Positions 51,941 to 61,050 of a stretch of 64,000 bases of DNA are shown piece by piece. Location of the stretch: the NCBI GenBank assembly GCA_963790475.1, contig CAWBOS010000011.1, forward strand, positions 160,001 to 224,000, in the 5' to 3' direction. The DNA comes from an uncultured delta proteobacterium (lineage in GTDB: Bacteria; Desulfobacterota; RBG-13-43-22). The translations under genes were made by a program, and so were the position numbers. The notes under the pieces were generated by a model that was given only the letters and a program-made list of their open reading frames with translations, did not search any database and was not told where the DNA came from. Within the stretch, counting starts at the first letter, position 1. Each line of letters begins with the position of its first letter.

Positions 51941-52927
51941 CTATGGCCTTATCTCAACCATCGTACCATTTGGCGCTAATTTGTTAATTTCTTCTATTTC
52001 TTCGTCTGTAACGGCAATACACCCTTTCGTCCAGTCAACCTCCGTGTGAAAATCACCAACCCACGACAAACCATTCTTAATGCCGTGGATCATGATGTCT
52101 CCGCCCGGAGAAACACCAAGTTCTTTTGCCCGCTTTTTGTCTTTCTCGTTTGGATAAGAAATATGAAGAGATAGGTGATAACGGCTGTCCTTGTTTCTTG
52201 AATCGATTAAGTAGGTTCCCTCCGGTGTTTTGTTATCGCCTTGCCTTTCTTTGGGGCCATTCGGGTTTCCCCCCAAAGCTATTTTGTAGGTCTTGAGCAC
52301 CTTGCCCTTTGAGATCAACGTCAATCGACGTTCTTTCTTTTCAATCAGAACTTTATCTGCCGGTCCCGACTGGAGTGTAAAAACCTCTTTTTGCAGGGCA
52401 GTAATCTCATTCTCTTTACTCTTGACCTCCTGTTCAAGGGCTTCAATCTTTTTTTGCAGGGTAGTAATCTCACCCCCCTTGCTTTTAACCCCCTGCTGGA
52501 GAGTCTCAATCTGAGTTTGCTGCGCAGCAATCGTCTTATCCTTGATAATGATATTATTGATATGAAATATCATCATCTCACTGTCCTTCCTGTATCCACT
52601 CCCCGGGTAATCCTTTACGAGTTTCTGAAAACATTCCAGAGATTTCCGATAATCTTTTTGTTCATTCCTTGAATAAGAATAAATAATACCCATCTCGAAA
52701 AGAACTCTGTCTCCCGCCTTGGGATATTTTTCAATAATCTGCTTGTATTTGCTCAGAGAGGCCTGGTAGCTTCCCTGGCTGAAAAGATCATTCGCTTCTT
52801 TGAAGGTCGACTGGGCCTGAAATCCCTCATTAAAGTGACTGCACCCGCCTATTAGAATTGGCGTTATTATGATGCCGACAACTAAAATGTAAAGATGCCC
52901 ACGTATCCTGTTTTGCTTTTTACCCAT
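51941..52927 (-). CDS. L,D-transpeptidase family lipoprotein with TPR and coiled coil
   Basis: Lipobox IGGC, GDNKTPEG and IMIHG...WTKGCIA motifs. Confidence 0.88.
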   Translation of the reverse strand: MGKKQNRIRGHLYILVVGIIITPILIGGCSHFNEGFQAQSTFKEANDLFSQGSYQASLSKYKQIIEKYPKAGDRVLFEMGIIYSYSRNEQKDYRKSLECFQKLVKDYPGSGYRKDSEMMIFHINNIIIKDKTIAAQQTQIETLQQGVKSKGGEITTLQKKIEALEQEVKSKENEITALQKEVFTLQSGPADKVLIEKKERRLTLISKGKVLKTYKIALGGNPNGPKERQGDNKTPEGTYLIDSRNKDSRYHLSLHISYPNEKDKKRAKELGVSPGGDIMIHGIKNGLSWVGDFHTEVDWTKGCIAVTDEEIEEINKLAPNGTMVEIRP

Positions 52928-53228
52928 ATACCCTTCGTGTTCTTTATTATATTTTTGGATGAGCGCAGAACCATTCCTCTTCCTCATGTATCCAAAAATA
53001 TACCACATTATAACTTAAATTCTGCAAAGTTTTCACTATTTCCGCAATAGTTTAGAAGACTAAAGCCATCAGCCTGCTTTTGGAATTTGTAGAGACTCTC
53101 TCGGGTTCATGGATCAAAGCCAGACCCAGGCTGCGCAATATTGGATAGGAACGGTGATGAGAGCCTGATCCCTGGTTTGATTAATTAGATGTTTGAATGG
53201 TCCAGACAGGTTTGAATGGTGGTAGCAT

Positions 53229-53266
53229 AAGGAAGTGGCAGGGTTTCAAAACCATGCCACTTCCTT
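53229..53266 (-). terminator. Stem-loop downstream of the lipoprotein gene
   Basis: AAGGAAGTGGCA ... TGCCACTTCCTT 12-bp stem; the U-tract is weak. Confidence 0.45.
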
Positions 53267-53309
53267 CCCGAGCGCTAAAGGCAAAGTTAACGGCTCCCCT
53301 GAAATTGAC

Positions 53310-53654
53310 CTACTTCTTCATGGATTTCTGGAAAGTGGCCTCAACCTTCTTCGCCTTTTCATCTGCGAGCTGCGCCTTTTCCTCAGCCATCTTCGCCTTT
53401 TCCTCGGCCATCTTCGCCCTTTCCTCGGCCATCTTGACAGCATCTTCGGCACGGGCTGCGGCTTCATTTGCCTTCAACGTGGCCGCATCAGATGCCGCCT
53501 TGGCAGCCTGGGCTTCCTGCGCTGCCTGATCAGCTTTCGCATTAGTCATGTTTTGCTGAGACTGAACTTTCGCGAGGTCACCCCTTGTTGCACAACCCCC
53601 CACAGCAATAGCAAGAACAAGCATCATTGAGATTATCAAAAGACTCTTCTTCAT
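53310..53654 (-). CDS. Lpp/OprI-like alanine-zipper lipoprotein
   Basis: Lipobox VGGC, Ala-rich heptads and terminal KSMKK. Confidence 0.82.
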   Translation of the reverse strand: MKKSLLIISMMLVLAIAVGGCATRGDLAKVQSQQNMTNAKADQAAQEAQAAKAASDAATLKANEAAARAEDAVKMAEERAKMAEEKAKMAEEKAQLADEKAKKVEATFQKSMKK

Positions 53655-53661
53655 CGTCTAA

Positions 53662-54999
53662 TCACCTCCTTTCTCTCGACTGTCTCTTATTGACCGGTTC
53701 AATCAATATACCATCTATTTCCAAATCAATTTTCAAGCGTTTGATGGCATCCTTGGCCTCTTTGATATCATTGAAGGGGCCAGCGATAACACGGTAGCTT
53801 TCATTCTTTGATAGCACCCAGGCCGGGATTTGTGGACCCTGGTGGTTGATAATGGCGGCAAGTCTTACAGCATCAATCTCGTCGCGCACATCAGCGGCCA
53901 AAACAGTCCACGCTCCTGTTTTCAGTTCTGGTATTTCCGGTCTGCCATATAATTCGTCTGGGTGCTTGACTTCTATGGTTTCCTCAATCCCTTTTTCACC
54001 TCCTTGTCTGATCTCAAATATTGGGACGGGAATCCCCCGGGCTTCGGCCAATACTTTCTTAACCTTGCTCCAGTCAAGCGTGCGCCCCGTTTCCTTTTCA
54101 ATATTTCTCAATTTTGCATATATCTTATCGAACTCAACAGTGTCCGAGTCTTCCGGGGGGGCATGAACTTCGAGGTAAATTATTCCATTACTCTGACCTA
54201 GGAGATAGGGCTGGTTAACGAATCGTACGGGGGTGTTAACCGGCGTGTTTTCATAGACCTTCTTTATGTTTTCCGGATAGAGTCTTATGCAGCCGTTGGT
54301 CGCTCTAAGACCAATGCTGGCCGGTTTATTTGTGCCATGGATCAAATAACTCGGCTTGCTTAAATATAGCGCGTATTCTCCTAAAGGATTTAGGGGGCCA
54401 GGCAGGACGTTAGCGGGCAGAGGATCTCCTTTTTTTCTATGATCTTCAGCAATTGAGGCAGGCACATGCCAGGTAGGGCGGATCGCCTTGCGCTCCACAT
54501 GCATTTGACCTGTGGGCGAGGGTCGCTCTTCGGTACCGACACCGACCGGGTAGGTCGACACCGCCAGCGACTCACTATTTCCTTTAAATTGAAAAAGCCT
54601 CATCGCGGCTAAGTTGATCACGATACCTTTTCTAGGAGTGTCGGGCAGGATAAATCTCAGAGGCAATAGGATACGTTCTCCGACCTTAGGCACCCATATA
54701 TCTACCCCCGGATTAGCTGCACTAACTCCATTGATTCCCAGGCTGAAGTGCCTTGCAATATCAGGTAGCGTATCCCCCTTTTCAAGACTGATGAAAGCCA
54801 ACCGGCCAATGATATTATCTCCTTTGGGAACTAAAAAGTCATTTCCTTCGATATTCTCTTCCAGATGTCTCGGAATGGGCTGGTATTCCTCACGAACCCC
54901 TTTCGTTGTCGCACAGGCATAAAGAGATAAGATACCGATAAAAAGAACTATAAGTCGAAGACTATTGGACAAGAGCGACAAGTCAATGATTCGGCACAT
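53662..54999 (-). CDS. L,D-transpeptidase (ErfK/YcfS-like) with LysM and SPOR domains
   Basis: GDTLPDIARHF, YLIHGTN...ATNGCIRL and YRVIAGPF motifs. Confidence 0.92.
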   Translation of the reverse strand: MCRIIDLSLLSNSLRLIVLFIGILSLYACATTKGVREEYQPIPRHLEENIEGNDFLVPKGDNIIGRLAFISLEKGDTLPDIARHFSLGINGVSAANPGVDIWVPKVGERILLPLRFILPDTPRKGIVINLAAMRLFQFKGNSESLAVSTYPVGVGTEERPSPTGQMHVERKAIRPTWHVPASIAEDHRKKGDPLPANVLPGPLNPLGEYALYLSKPSYLIHGTNKPASIGLRATNGCIRLYPENIKKVYENTPVNTPVRFVNQPYLLGQSNGIIYLEVHAPPEDSDTVEFDKIYAKLRNIEKETGRTLDWSKVKKVLAEARGIPVPIFEIRQGGEKGIEETIEVKHPDELYGRPEIPELKTGAWTVLAADVRDEIDAVRLAAIINHQGPQIPAWVLSKNESYRVIAGPFNDIKEAKDAIKRLKIDLEIDGILIEPVNKRQSRERR

Positions 55000-55558
55000 G
55001 GGCCCAAATAAGGATTGATGAGAAGTTGCTTTTTAATTGTATTTCCTTTCACTATTTGGATCCCAGGTTAGTGTGACTTGGAGGCAATGTCCCCCATGGA
55101 AAGGAAGAACCAAAATAGTGGCAAGAAGAGTACGGGAAAAAGAAGGCGTAAGTGAGATTTGGACGGGCGGTAAAAACGTTACTGATAATCCAAGTTTTCA
55201 TGTATACTTACCTTCAGGGAAAAATGAATGGCAAAAGAAAAAAATTATAAAGCCTCTTCTTTTCTTTAAGCAAAAGATGTACCATTTTATTTATTTTTTA
55301 TATCTCAATGAAATGAAAAAGTTTTTTAAGATAGAGGATTTTCGGAAAGGGTCAAACGATTGAGTTTTTCCTACTGAAGTCAGAAAGGAATGTATGATAT
55401 TTCATACATGTCGAGAGAATTATTAATATTTTCCTATTTTTAAGAACTTTCTGAATCCTTGTCTTGTTTCAAAAATGGAAGTTTGAGGATTAAAGAAGAA
55501 AAAGTTAAAAAAAGGATTGTTTCTTAATTAATGGGGATCTGGTAAATCCGCCCCCTAG

Positions 55559-57224
55559 GAGCCTGTCGATCTTGAGCTAAAGATATTGTCTCCCAAGAGG
55601 TCCGATTTTATTTTGAGGACTCCAAAGGGTTATAGTAAGTTCAAGATAATAGAATAAGGCCTTTTTTTGTAATTTTTCTTTGTGGATTTTTTTATTTGGC
55701 AGCTAAGGCATACATTCTTTTTAAGTTGTAGGCCATACAGACTAAATTCCATTCGCCGCTGACCATCTCTAACCCGCGAAGGAAAAATTGTCGAAAGCCC
55801 ATAATGGCCTTGATAATGCCGAATAGCGGTTCGACCGTACTCTTCCGCTGGGCGTATATCTTTTTGCCCTCTGATGTTTTTAGCCGATGCTTCATTCGGG
55901 TAAGCACATCAGCCTCTTCCGGCAAAGGTTCGGGCTGGGCGAAACGTTCTTCTAAGGGAATATTGTGTTTTTCACGATTTACAGCAATATAGGGGGTAAT
56001 CTGCTCGGCTGCGCACTTATCCAGGTTGGCCTCACTAAAATAGCCTGAATCGGCCACTAGGGTGTCCACCGTGCCTAACTGGTCTGGTAAGGAAATCAGG
56101 TTTTCCAAGGTCGTCTGGATTTCTTGCTTGTCATTGGGTTGTTGGGTAACATGATTTTCGACAATAAGCATGGTTGAAAGATCCACCCCGGCTTGGGCGT
56201 TGTAAGCTTGTTCAAAGGTCCCGCCGGCAGCGGGCATAATCCGGGAATCTTCATCGGTCAGATTCACTTGATCGGTTTTTTTAGGGCCGGACTCGGGTGG
56301 TTTAGGTTCACGTCCTCGGGGTTTCTTACCACCCTCTTGCTCCTTGGCATAACGTTCGGCCATCTTTTGGTCGTAGACTTCTTGCTCTTTGGCATAACGC
56401 TCAGCGGCTCGACGTTCAATCTCTCGCTTGGCCAGTTCTATAGTTTCAAGCCGTTTTCCTCTTCGAGAAAGTTCCTCCGGGATACTCATCCCTTCGGGAA
56501 CCGCTTCCCGGTCCGCTACTTCGGCCTGACGTAAGAGCGAGTCAACTTCTGCCTGAATCTGTTGTTCCAGTTTACAGGCATGATCCCAACTCAAGGCCTT
56601 ATGTTGGGAGGCATTGGCCTTGATCTTAGTTCCGTCTAAGGCCACTTGGCCCAGTTTGGCTATACCCATTGTTTGAGCAATCATCAGGATCTGGGCGAAT
56701 AGAGGCTTTAACTCTTCCAGAAAACGTTTGCGGAAGGCAGCTATCGTGTCATGATCCGGGTGTTGATTGGCCGTAATATAACGAAAAGCTACCGACTCAT
56801 GGGTGGCCAATTCCAGTTTGCGGCTGGAGAAGACGCCCGTGGCATAACCGTAAAACAACAATGCCACCAGCATGGTCGGAGAATAAGCCTCGGAACCCCG
56901 GCCGTCGTAGGCGTTTTCGATGGGCCTCAAGTCAAGTTTGGTGACCACCTCCACAATAAATCTGGCCAAGTGATTTCGTGGTAGCCAATCATGAATAGAG
57001 GGAGGCATCAGGTATAGGGTATCGCGGTCACAACACTTAAATCGTGGAGGATTCATATTTTCTCTCTACGTAATTTTAAAGTCGAATATATTTAACTAAT
57101 TGAATTAATTTATATTTTATCATATAATCCAACTTATGCCAAGAGAAATCTTGTCTTTTGAGCACATTTTTAATAGATTTTTTAAACGAAAATTTAACCG
57201 GACAAATTTAAGTCCGACAGGCTC
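55559..57224 (-). mobile_element. IS1182-family insertion sequence
   Basis: TIR GAGCCTGTCG(AT/GA)CTT and CTAG target duplication (55555-55558, 57225-57228). Confidence 0.92.
55692..57056 (-). CDS. IS1182-family transposase
   Basis: SSRKLE, PDHDTIAAFR, DGTKIKANAS, ADSGY and RKSTVEPLFG motifs. Confidence 0.93.
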   Translation of the reverse strand: MNPPRFKCCDRDTLYLMPPSIHDWLPRNHLARFIVEVVTKLDLRPIENAYDGRGSEAYSPTMLVALLFYGYATGVFSSRKLELATHESVAFRYITANQHPDHDTIAAFRKRFLEELKPLFAQILMIAQTMGIAKLGQVALDGTKIKANASQHKALSWDHACKLEQQIQAEVDSLLRQAEVADREAVPEGMSIPEELSRRGKRLETIELAKREIERRAAERYAKEQEVYDQKMAERYAKEQEGGKKPRGREPKPPESGPKKTDQVNLTDEDSRIMPAAGGTFEQAYNAQAGVDLSTMLIVENHVTQQPNDKQEIQTTLENLISLPDQLGTVDTLVADSGYFSEANLDKCAAEQITPYIAVNREKHNIPLEERFAQPEPLPEEADVLTRMKHRLKTSEGKKIYAQRKSTVEPLFGIIKAIMGFRQFFLRGLEMVSGEWNLVCMAYNLKRMYALAAK

Positions 57225-57259
57225 CTAGATCTATATCTGATTTTAAGGAGTGAATATCC

Positions 57260-57982
57260 ATGGCCTATCTATTCAACACAAAAATCAAGATTTTTGTCTT
57301 AACCCTATTGTCGGGGATAATCCTGGCAGGGCTCTGCCAGATGGCCGGCGCGGTCGAACGTGAATTTCGTCACCGTCAATTTTTTGATTCACGTTATCAT
57401 CATAACCATTACTACCCGCCTCGAGGTCTTTATATTGATGTACTGCCACCAGGACACCGGTTGGTGGTTTTCGGCAGAGCAAGATTCTACTTTTTTGAAG
57501 GAGTCTGGTATCGTCCTCTGGGGCGGCGTTTCGTGGTCGTGGCCCCTCCGATCGGACTGTTTGTTCCCTTTTTACCTCCCTATTACACGACCATCTCCGT
57601 AGGGGGAGTTCCCTATTACTACGCCAATGAGGTCTATTACACGGCCGCTCCCGGCGGATACCAGGTCGTTGTGCCCCCGACCGGGGAGGTCATCCCAGTT
57701 CCGTCTTCAGAAGTACTGTCTCCGCCGGGCCCTCCTCCATTACCAACTGCCGGAGGTCAGATACCGGGTGATCAGATCTTCATCTATCCCCGCCAGGGCC
57801 AGAATGAAAAAAAACAAGCGGACGATCGATATGAGTGTCACCGTTGGGCGGCAAACCAGACAAACTATAATCCGACAAAGCCGCCCGACAGTGTGCCCGA
57901 ATCACAAAAACTCCAGAAACATGCGGACTATAATCGGGCCATGGGTGCTTGCCTTGAGGGGCGAGGGTATTCGGTGAAATAA
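57260..57982 (+). CDS. DUF6515-like secreted Pro/Tyr-rich protein
   Basis: Signal peptide, YFFEGVWYRP...VVVAPPIG and YPRQGQ...DRYECHRWA. Confidence 0.7.
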   Translation: MAYLFNTKIKIFVLTLLSGIILAGLCQMAGAVEREFRHRQFFDSRYHHNHYYPPRGLYIDVLPPGHRLVVFGRARFYFFEGVWYRPLGRRFVVVAPPIGLFVPFLPPYYTTISVGGVPYYYANEVYYTAAPGGYQVVVPPTGEVIPVPSSEVLSPPGPPPLPTAGGQIPGDQIFIYPRQGQNEKKQADDRYECHRWAANQTNYNPTKPPDSVPESQKLQKHADYNRAMGACLEGRGYSVK

Positions 57983-58101
57983 ACGGGAACCCTATCAACA
58001 CCCATAGGGTGACAAACCGGAGAAGGCGATAATGCTTTCAGGCCCTGCTCTTGAAAGCCCTCTATCTTATTAAAATTCAAAAAAATGGGGGAGGAAAATT
58101 T

Positions 58102-58332
58102 ATGAAGGAAATAATAGGAGAGATGGCTGGAAGAGTTTGGAAAACTCTGGGGAAAAAAGGACGGGTAGAGATTTCGAAGCTCCCTCAAATTCTGAGAGAG
58201 AAAGGAGAAATCGTCTACCAGGGCTTAGGCTGGTTGGCCCGAGAAGAGAAAATAATTTTTCATAAAAAAGAAGGGAGGATCTTTACCTCCCTGAAACCCG
58301 AAGAGCAGGAAATATATAAGCGATCAGTCTAA
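58102..58332 (+). CDS. Winged-helix protein (DUF2582-like)
   Basis: IGEMAGRVWKTL...GLGWLAREEKI motif; GGAGG RBS. Confidence 0.8.
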   Translation: MKEIIGEMAGRVWKTLGKKGRVEISKLPQILREKGEIVYQGLGWLAREEKIIFHKKEGRIFTSLKPEEQEIYKRSV

Positions 58333-58366
58333 TACCCCTTTTTTTTGACCTCCTGCCTCCTTCTTT

Positions 58367-58825
58367 TTAGACGGATTCGTCTTGATTGTTCTTATTGCGG
58401 ACACTCGAAGATGAACAGAATGGCAAGTTGTTGGCAGCATAAAATAAACCAGCGGCTACTAAAACGGTTATGAAGGTTAGGATAAAGGAGAGTGATTTCG
58501 CTTGCCATAACCCAACCAGCCAAAGCCTGAATTCGGTTACAAGCACATTTGCCCTTCCGCCATAGAGTTCCAAGTCCCGGATATACTTTTTGGAATCCTC
58601 TGGCCTAATTAGATAAACAGATCCGCCCTCTTCTTGGTAAATCAAATCTTTGCTCGAATTATTTCCAGCAGTGCGATAAATCAGAATTGCGCCACCCAAA
58701 CCGCCCAGCAGAATAATGAAGCCGATAAGGTTGAAGATTAGACGACGATTTTGAATTTTCCAATGGTCAGGCATCAACTTTTGGCCAGAAATTTCCCATA
58801 CAGTTTTTCGGTGCAGGAAGGACAT
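58367..58825 (-). CDS. Hypothetical membrane protein
   Basis: Two TM segments, DSKKYIRDLELYGG; start uncertain. Confidence 0.6.
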   Translation of the reverse strand: MSFLHRKTVWEISGQKLMPDHWKIQNRRLIFNLIGFIILLGGLGGAILIYRTAGNNSSKDLIYQEEGGSVYLIRPEDSKKYIRDLELYGGRANVLVTEFRLWLVGLWQAKSLSFILTFITVLVAAGLFYAANNLPFCSSSSVRNKNNQDESV

Positions 58826-59163
58826 AGACTATGGGAGAACTGTAATTCAGAATTATCGCTAATGACATTTTCTATTCTGACCCAACGGTCATCTATCCTG
58901 ACGCTTTTGCAGGAAGAGCACATAACCAGGAATCCCTCCAAGTATTTGATCCCTTGGATAAGTCTCCGCGTCAAATTTACCGTAAAAAATCCCAAGAGGA
59001 TTATTATCGTCGATTCGATTATGACCTGTGTGGTGCTGAAGGGGGGTTCAAGGTATTCAGTCACCCATAAGGTCAAGACCGCCAATAGAAATCCTAACCC
59101 CTCAAAAACAAAAATACTTTTCTGTACATAAATCTTTGATAATTTCACCTGAGAATCTTTCAT
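58774..59163 (-). CDS. Hypothetical membrane protein with C-terminal Cys motif
   Basis: Two TM segments, then LEGFLVMCSSCK...FSHSLCPSC. Confidence 0.7.
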   Translation of the reverse strand: MKDSQVKLSKIYVQKSIFVFEGLGFLLAVLTLWVTEYLEPPFSTTQVIIESTIIILLGFFTVNLTRRLIQGIKYLEGFLVMCSSCKSVRIDDRWVRIENVISDNSELQFSHSLCPSCTEKLYGKFLAKS

Positions 59164-59421
59164 CTTCTTTTCCCCCTTCGGCTGACTCCATTGAGGTCAT
59201 CATCCGTATACTTTTAGATCAATAAAGTTTCACTAAGTTAAATTATTTTTGAAGGATCGTTAGGCCAGGTTCCGAGCCTTGATTATTCTCTCTTGAGTTT
59301 TCTCTATAGTGGCATAAAAAAAGTGTAATAAAAGTAATAAAGAGCTTGAAAGGTGGCTCCAGTATTGGTTAAAGTGAGATTAGCACATCACACAATTTTC
59401 CGTCACTGGAGGCCACCTAAG

Positions 59422-60798
59422 GTGAAGTATAGCAAAAGGCATTTTTTTAGTCGAGCATATAAAACTCCTCAGATCCGATTTGAAGATCAGAAACTTACAT
59501 CCTTTTCAGGTTTGATAATTTTTCATCCTTTGTTTCAGAAACTGGGTTTGAAAGAACGACTGCGCCAGTGTTTTCGTCACCTGCACGTCTCGGAAATTAT
59601 AGGACATCATGTAATTATGATGCTGCTGATTATCCATATTCTTTTGGGCTTTCGAAGACTCCGGGATATGGACTATTATAAAGATGATCCTTTGGTTCAA
59701 AGACTATTAGGAATGAAACGCCTCCCGGATGTCTCTACGGTTTGTCGCGCCTTAAAAAGTACCGATCCAAAAGCCATCCAAAAAATCCGAGAACTGAACC
59801 GCCAGATGGTTATCGAACGTCTCCAAAAAACTGGTCTGAGTCGATTAACCGTTGACTTTGATGGATCAGTTTTATCTACATCCCGAAAAGCCGAAGGCAC
59901 GGCGGTTGGATTTAACAAGAAAAAGAAGGGAGCCCGAAGTTACTATCCCCTTTTTTGTACCATTGCCCAAACCGGACAAGTATTTGATTTCTATCATCGC
60001 CCCGGCAATGTCCATGATTCGAATGGGGCCAGTGAGTTTATCCATCAATGCCTTAGCTGGCTCAAACAAGAACTGCCGGGTATTACGCTTGAGGTCCGGA
60101 TGGATAGCGCTTTTTTCAGCCAGGAAATAGTTGCCTTATTAGACCAGGAATCCATCGAATTTACCCTCAGCGTTCCTTTTGAACGCTTTGCCGAATTAAA
60201 ATCGATGATTGAAAATCGAGTGCGTTGGCGTCATTTAAATAATCGCTGGTCGTATTTTGAAACCCCCTGGAAACCGAAAAAATGGCCGGTAAAGTTCCGT
60301 TTTGTTTTTATACGACAACGATGCAAGCAAATCCAAAAAGCCCCGATTCAATTGGATCTCTTTATCCCTTTAGAATATGGGTACGAGTATAAGGTCATCG
60401 TAACCAACAAGAGGATTTCTGCTAAAAAGATCCTGGTCTTTCACAATGGTCGAGGAAGTCAGGAGAGTGTCTTTGGGGAATTGAAATCCCAAAGCCAACT
60501 GGATTATATTGCGGTTAAGAAACTTTCAGGAAACCAATGTTACATGATAGCGGCTATTTTTGCCCATAACCTGAACCGGGAATTACAAATGGCTACCCGG
60601 GATAGAGATCGAGGAACCTCCGAGAAAAGAACCCCGCTTTGGAATTTTCATGAATTAAAATGGATCCGCCATCGTTATATTCAAAGAGCAGGAAGACTCA
60701 CAGCACCCCAGGGTAACCTGACTCTTACTATGAGTGGTAATGAAGTCGTTAAACATGGTTTGTTCGAATTCTTAGATACTTTTAAAATGGCAGCATAA
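59422..60798 (+). mobile_element. IS1380-family transposase
   Basis: LTSFSGL, VDFDGS, YYPL, VRMDSAF and HNGRGSQESVFGELK motifs; element ends not resolved. Confidence 0.88.
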
Positions 60799-61050
60799 TT
60801 CAAAATTTGGCGATTTCTTTTGCAACGTTTAGGTTTTGAAGAGTTCCACCCTGAGATTTTCTTGGCCGATTCCCTTTAGTCTACCTTTACCTTGGCCCTC
60901 AAGCCCGGGCGGCATAAATGGATGAAATAGTCTGAAGTTGCTGAAAACGGATTTGTTCAAAATTGTGTTTATAGTGACAATGCACCTCCGGAGGCCTTGA
61001 TCATTTTTCTATTTTAGGCTATTATAAACCCCAAATAAATAAGGCCAGCT

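Noticed and set aside
59270-60835. Terminal inverted repeats of the IS1380 element
   Set aside because: Candidate ends match only weakly, so boundaries and target duplication are not called.
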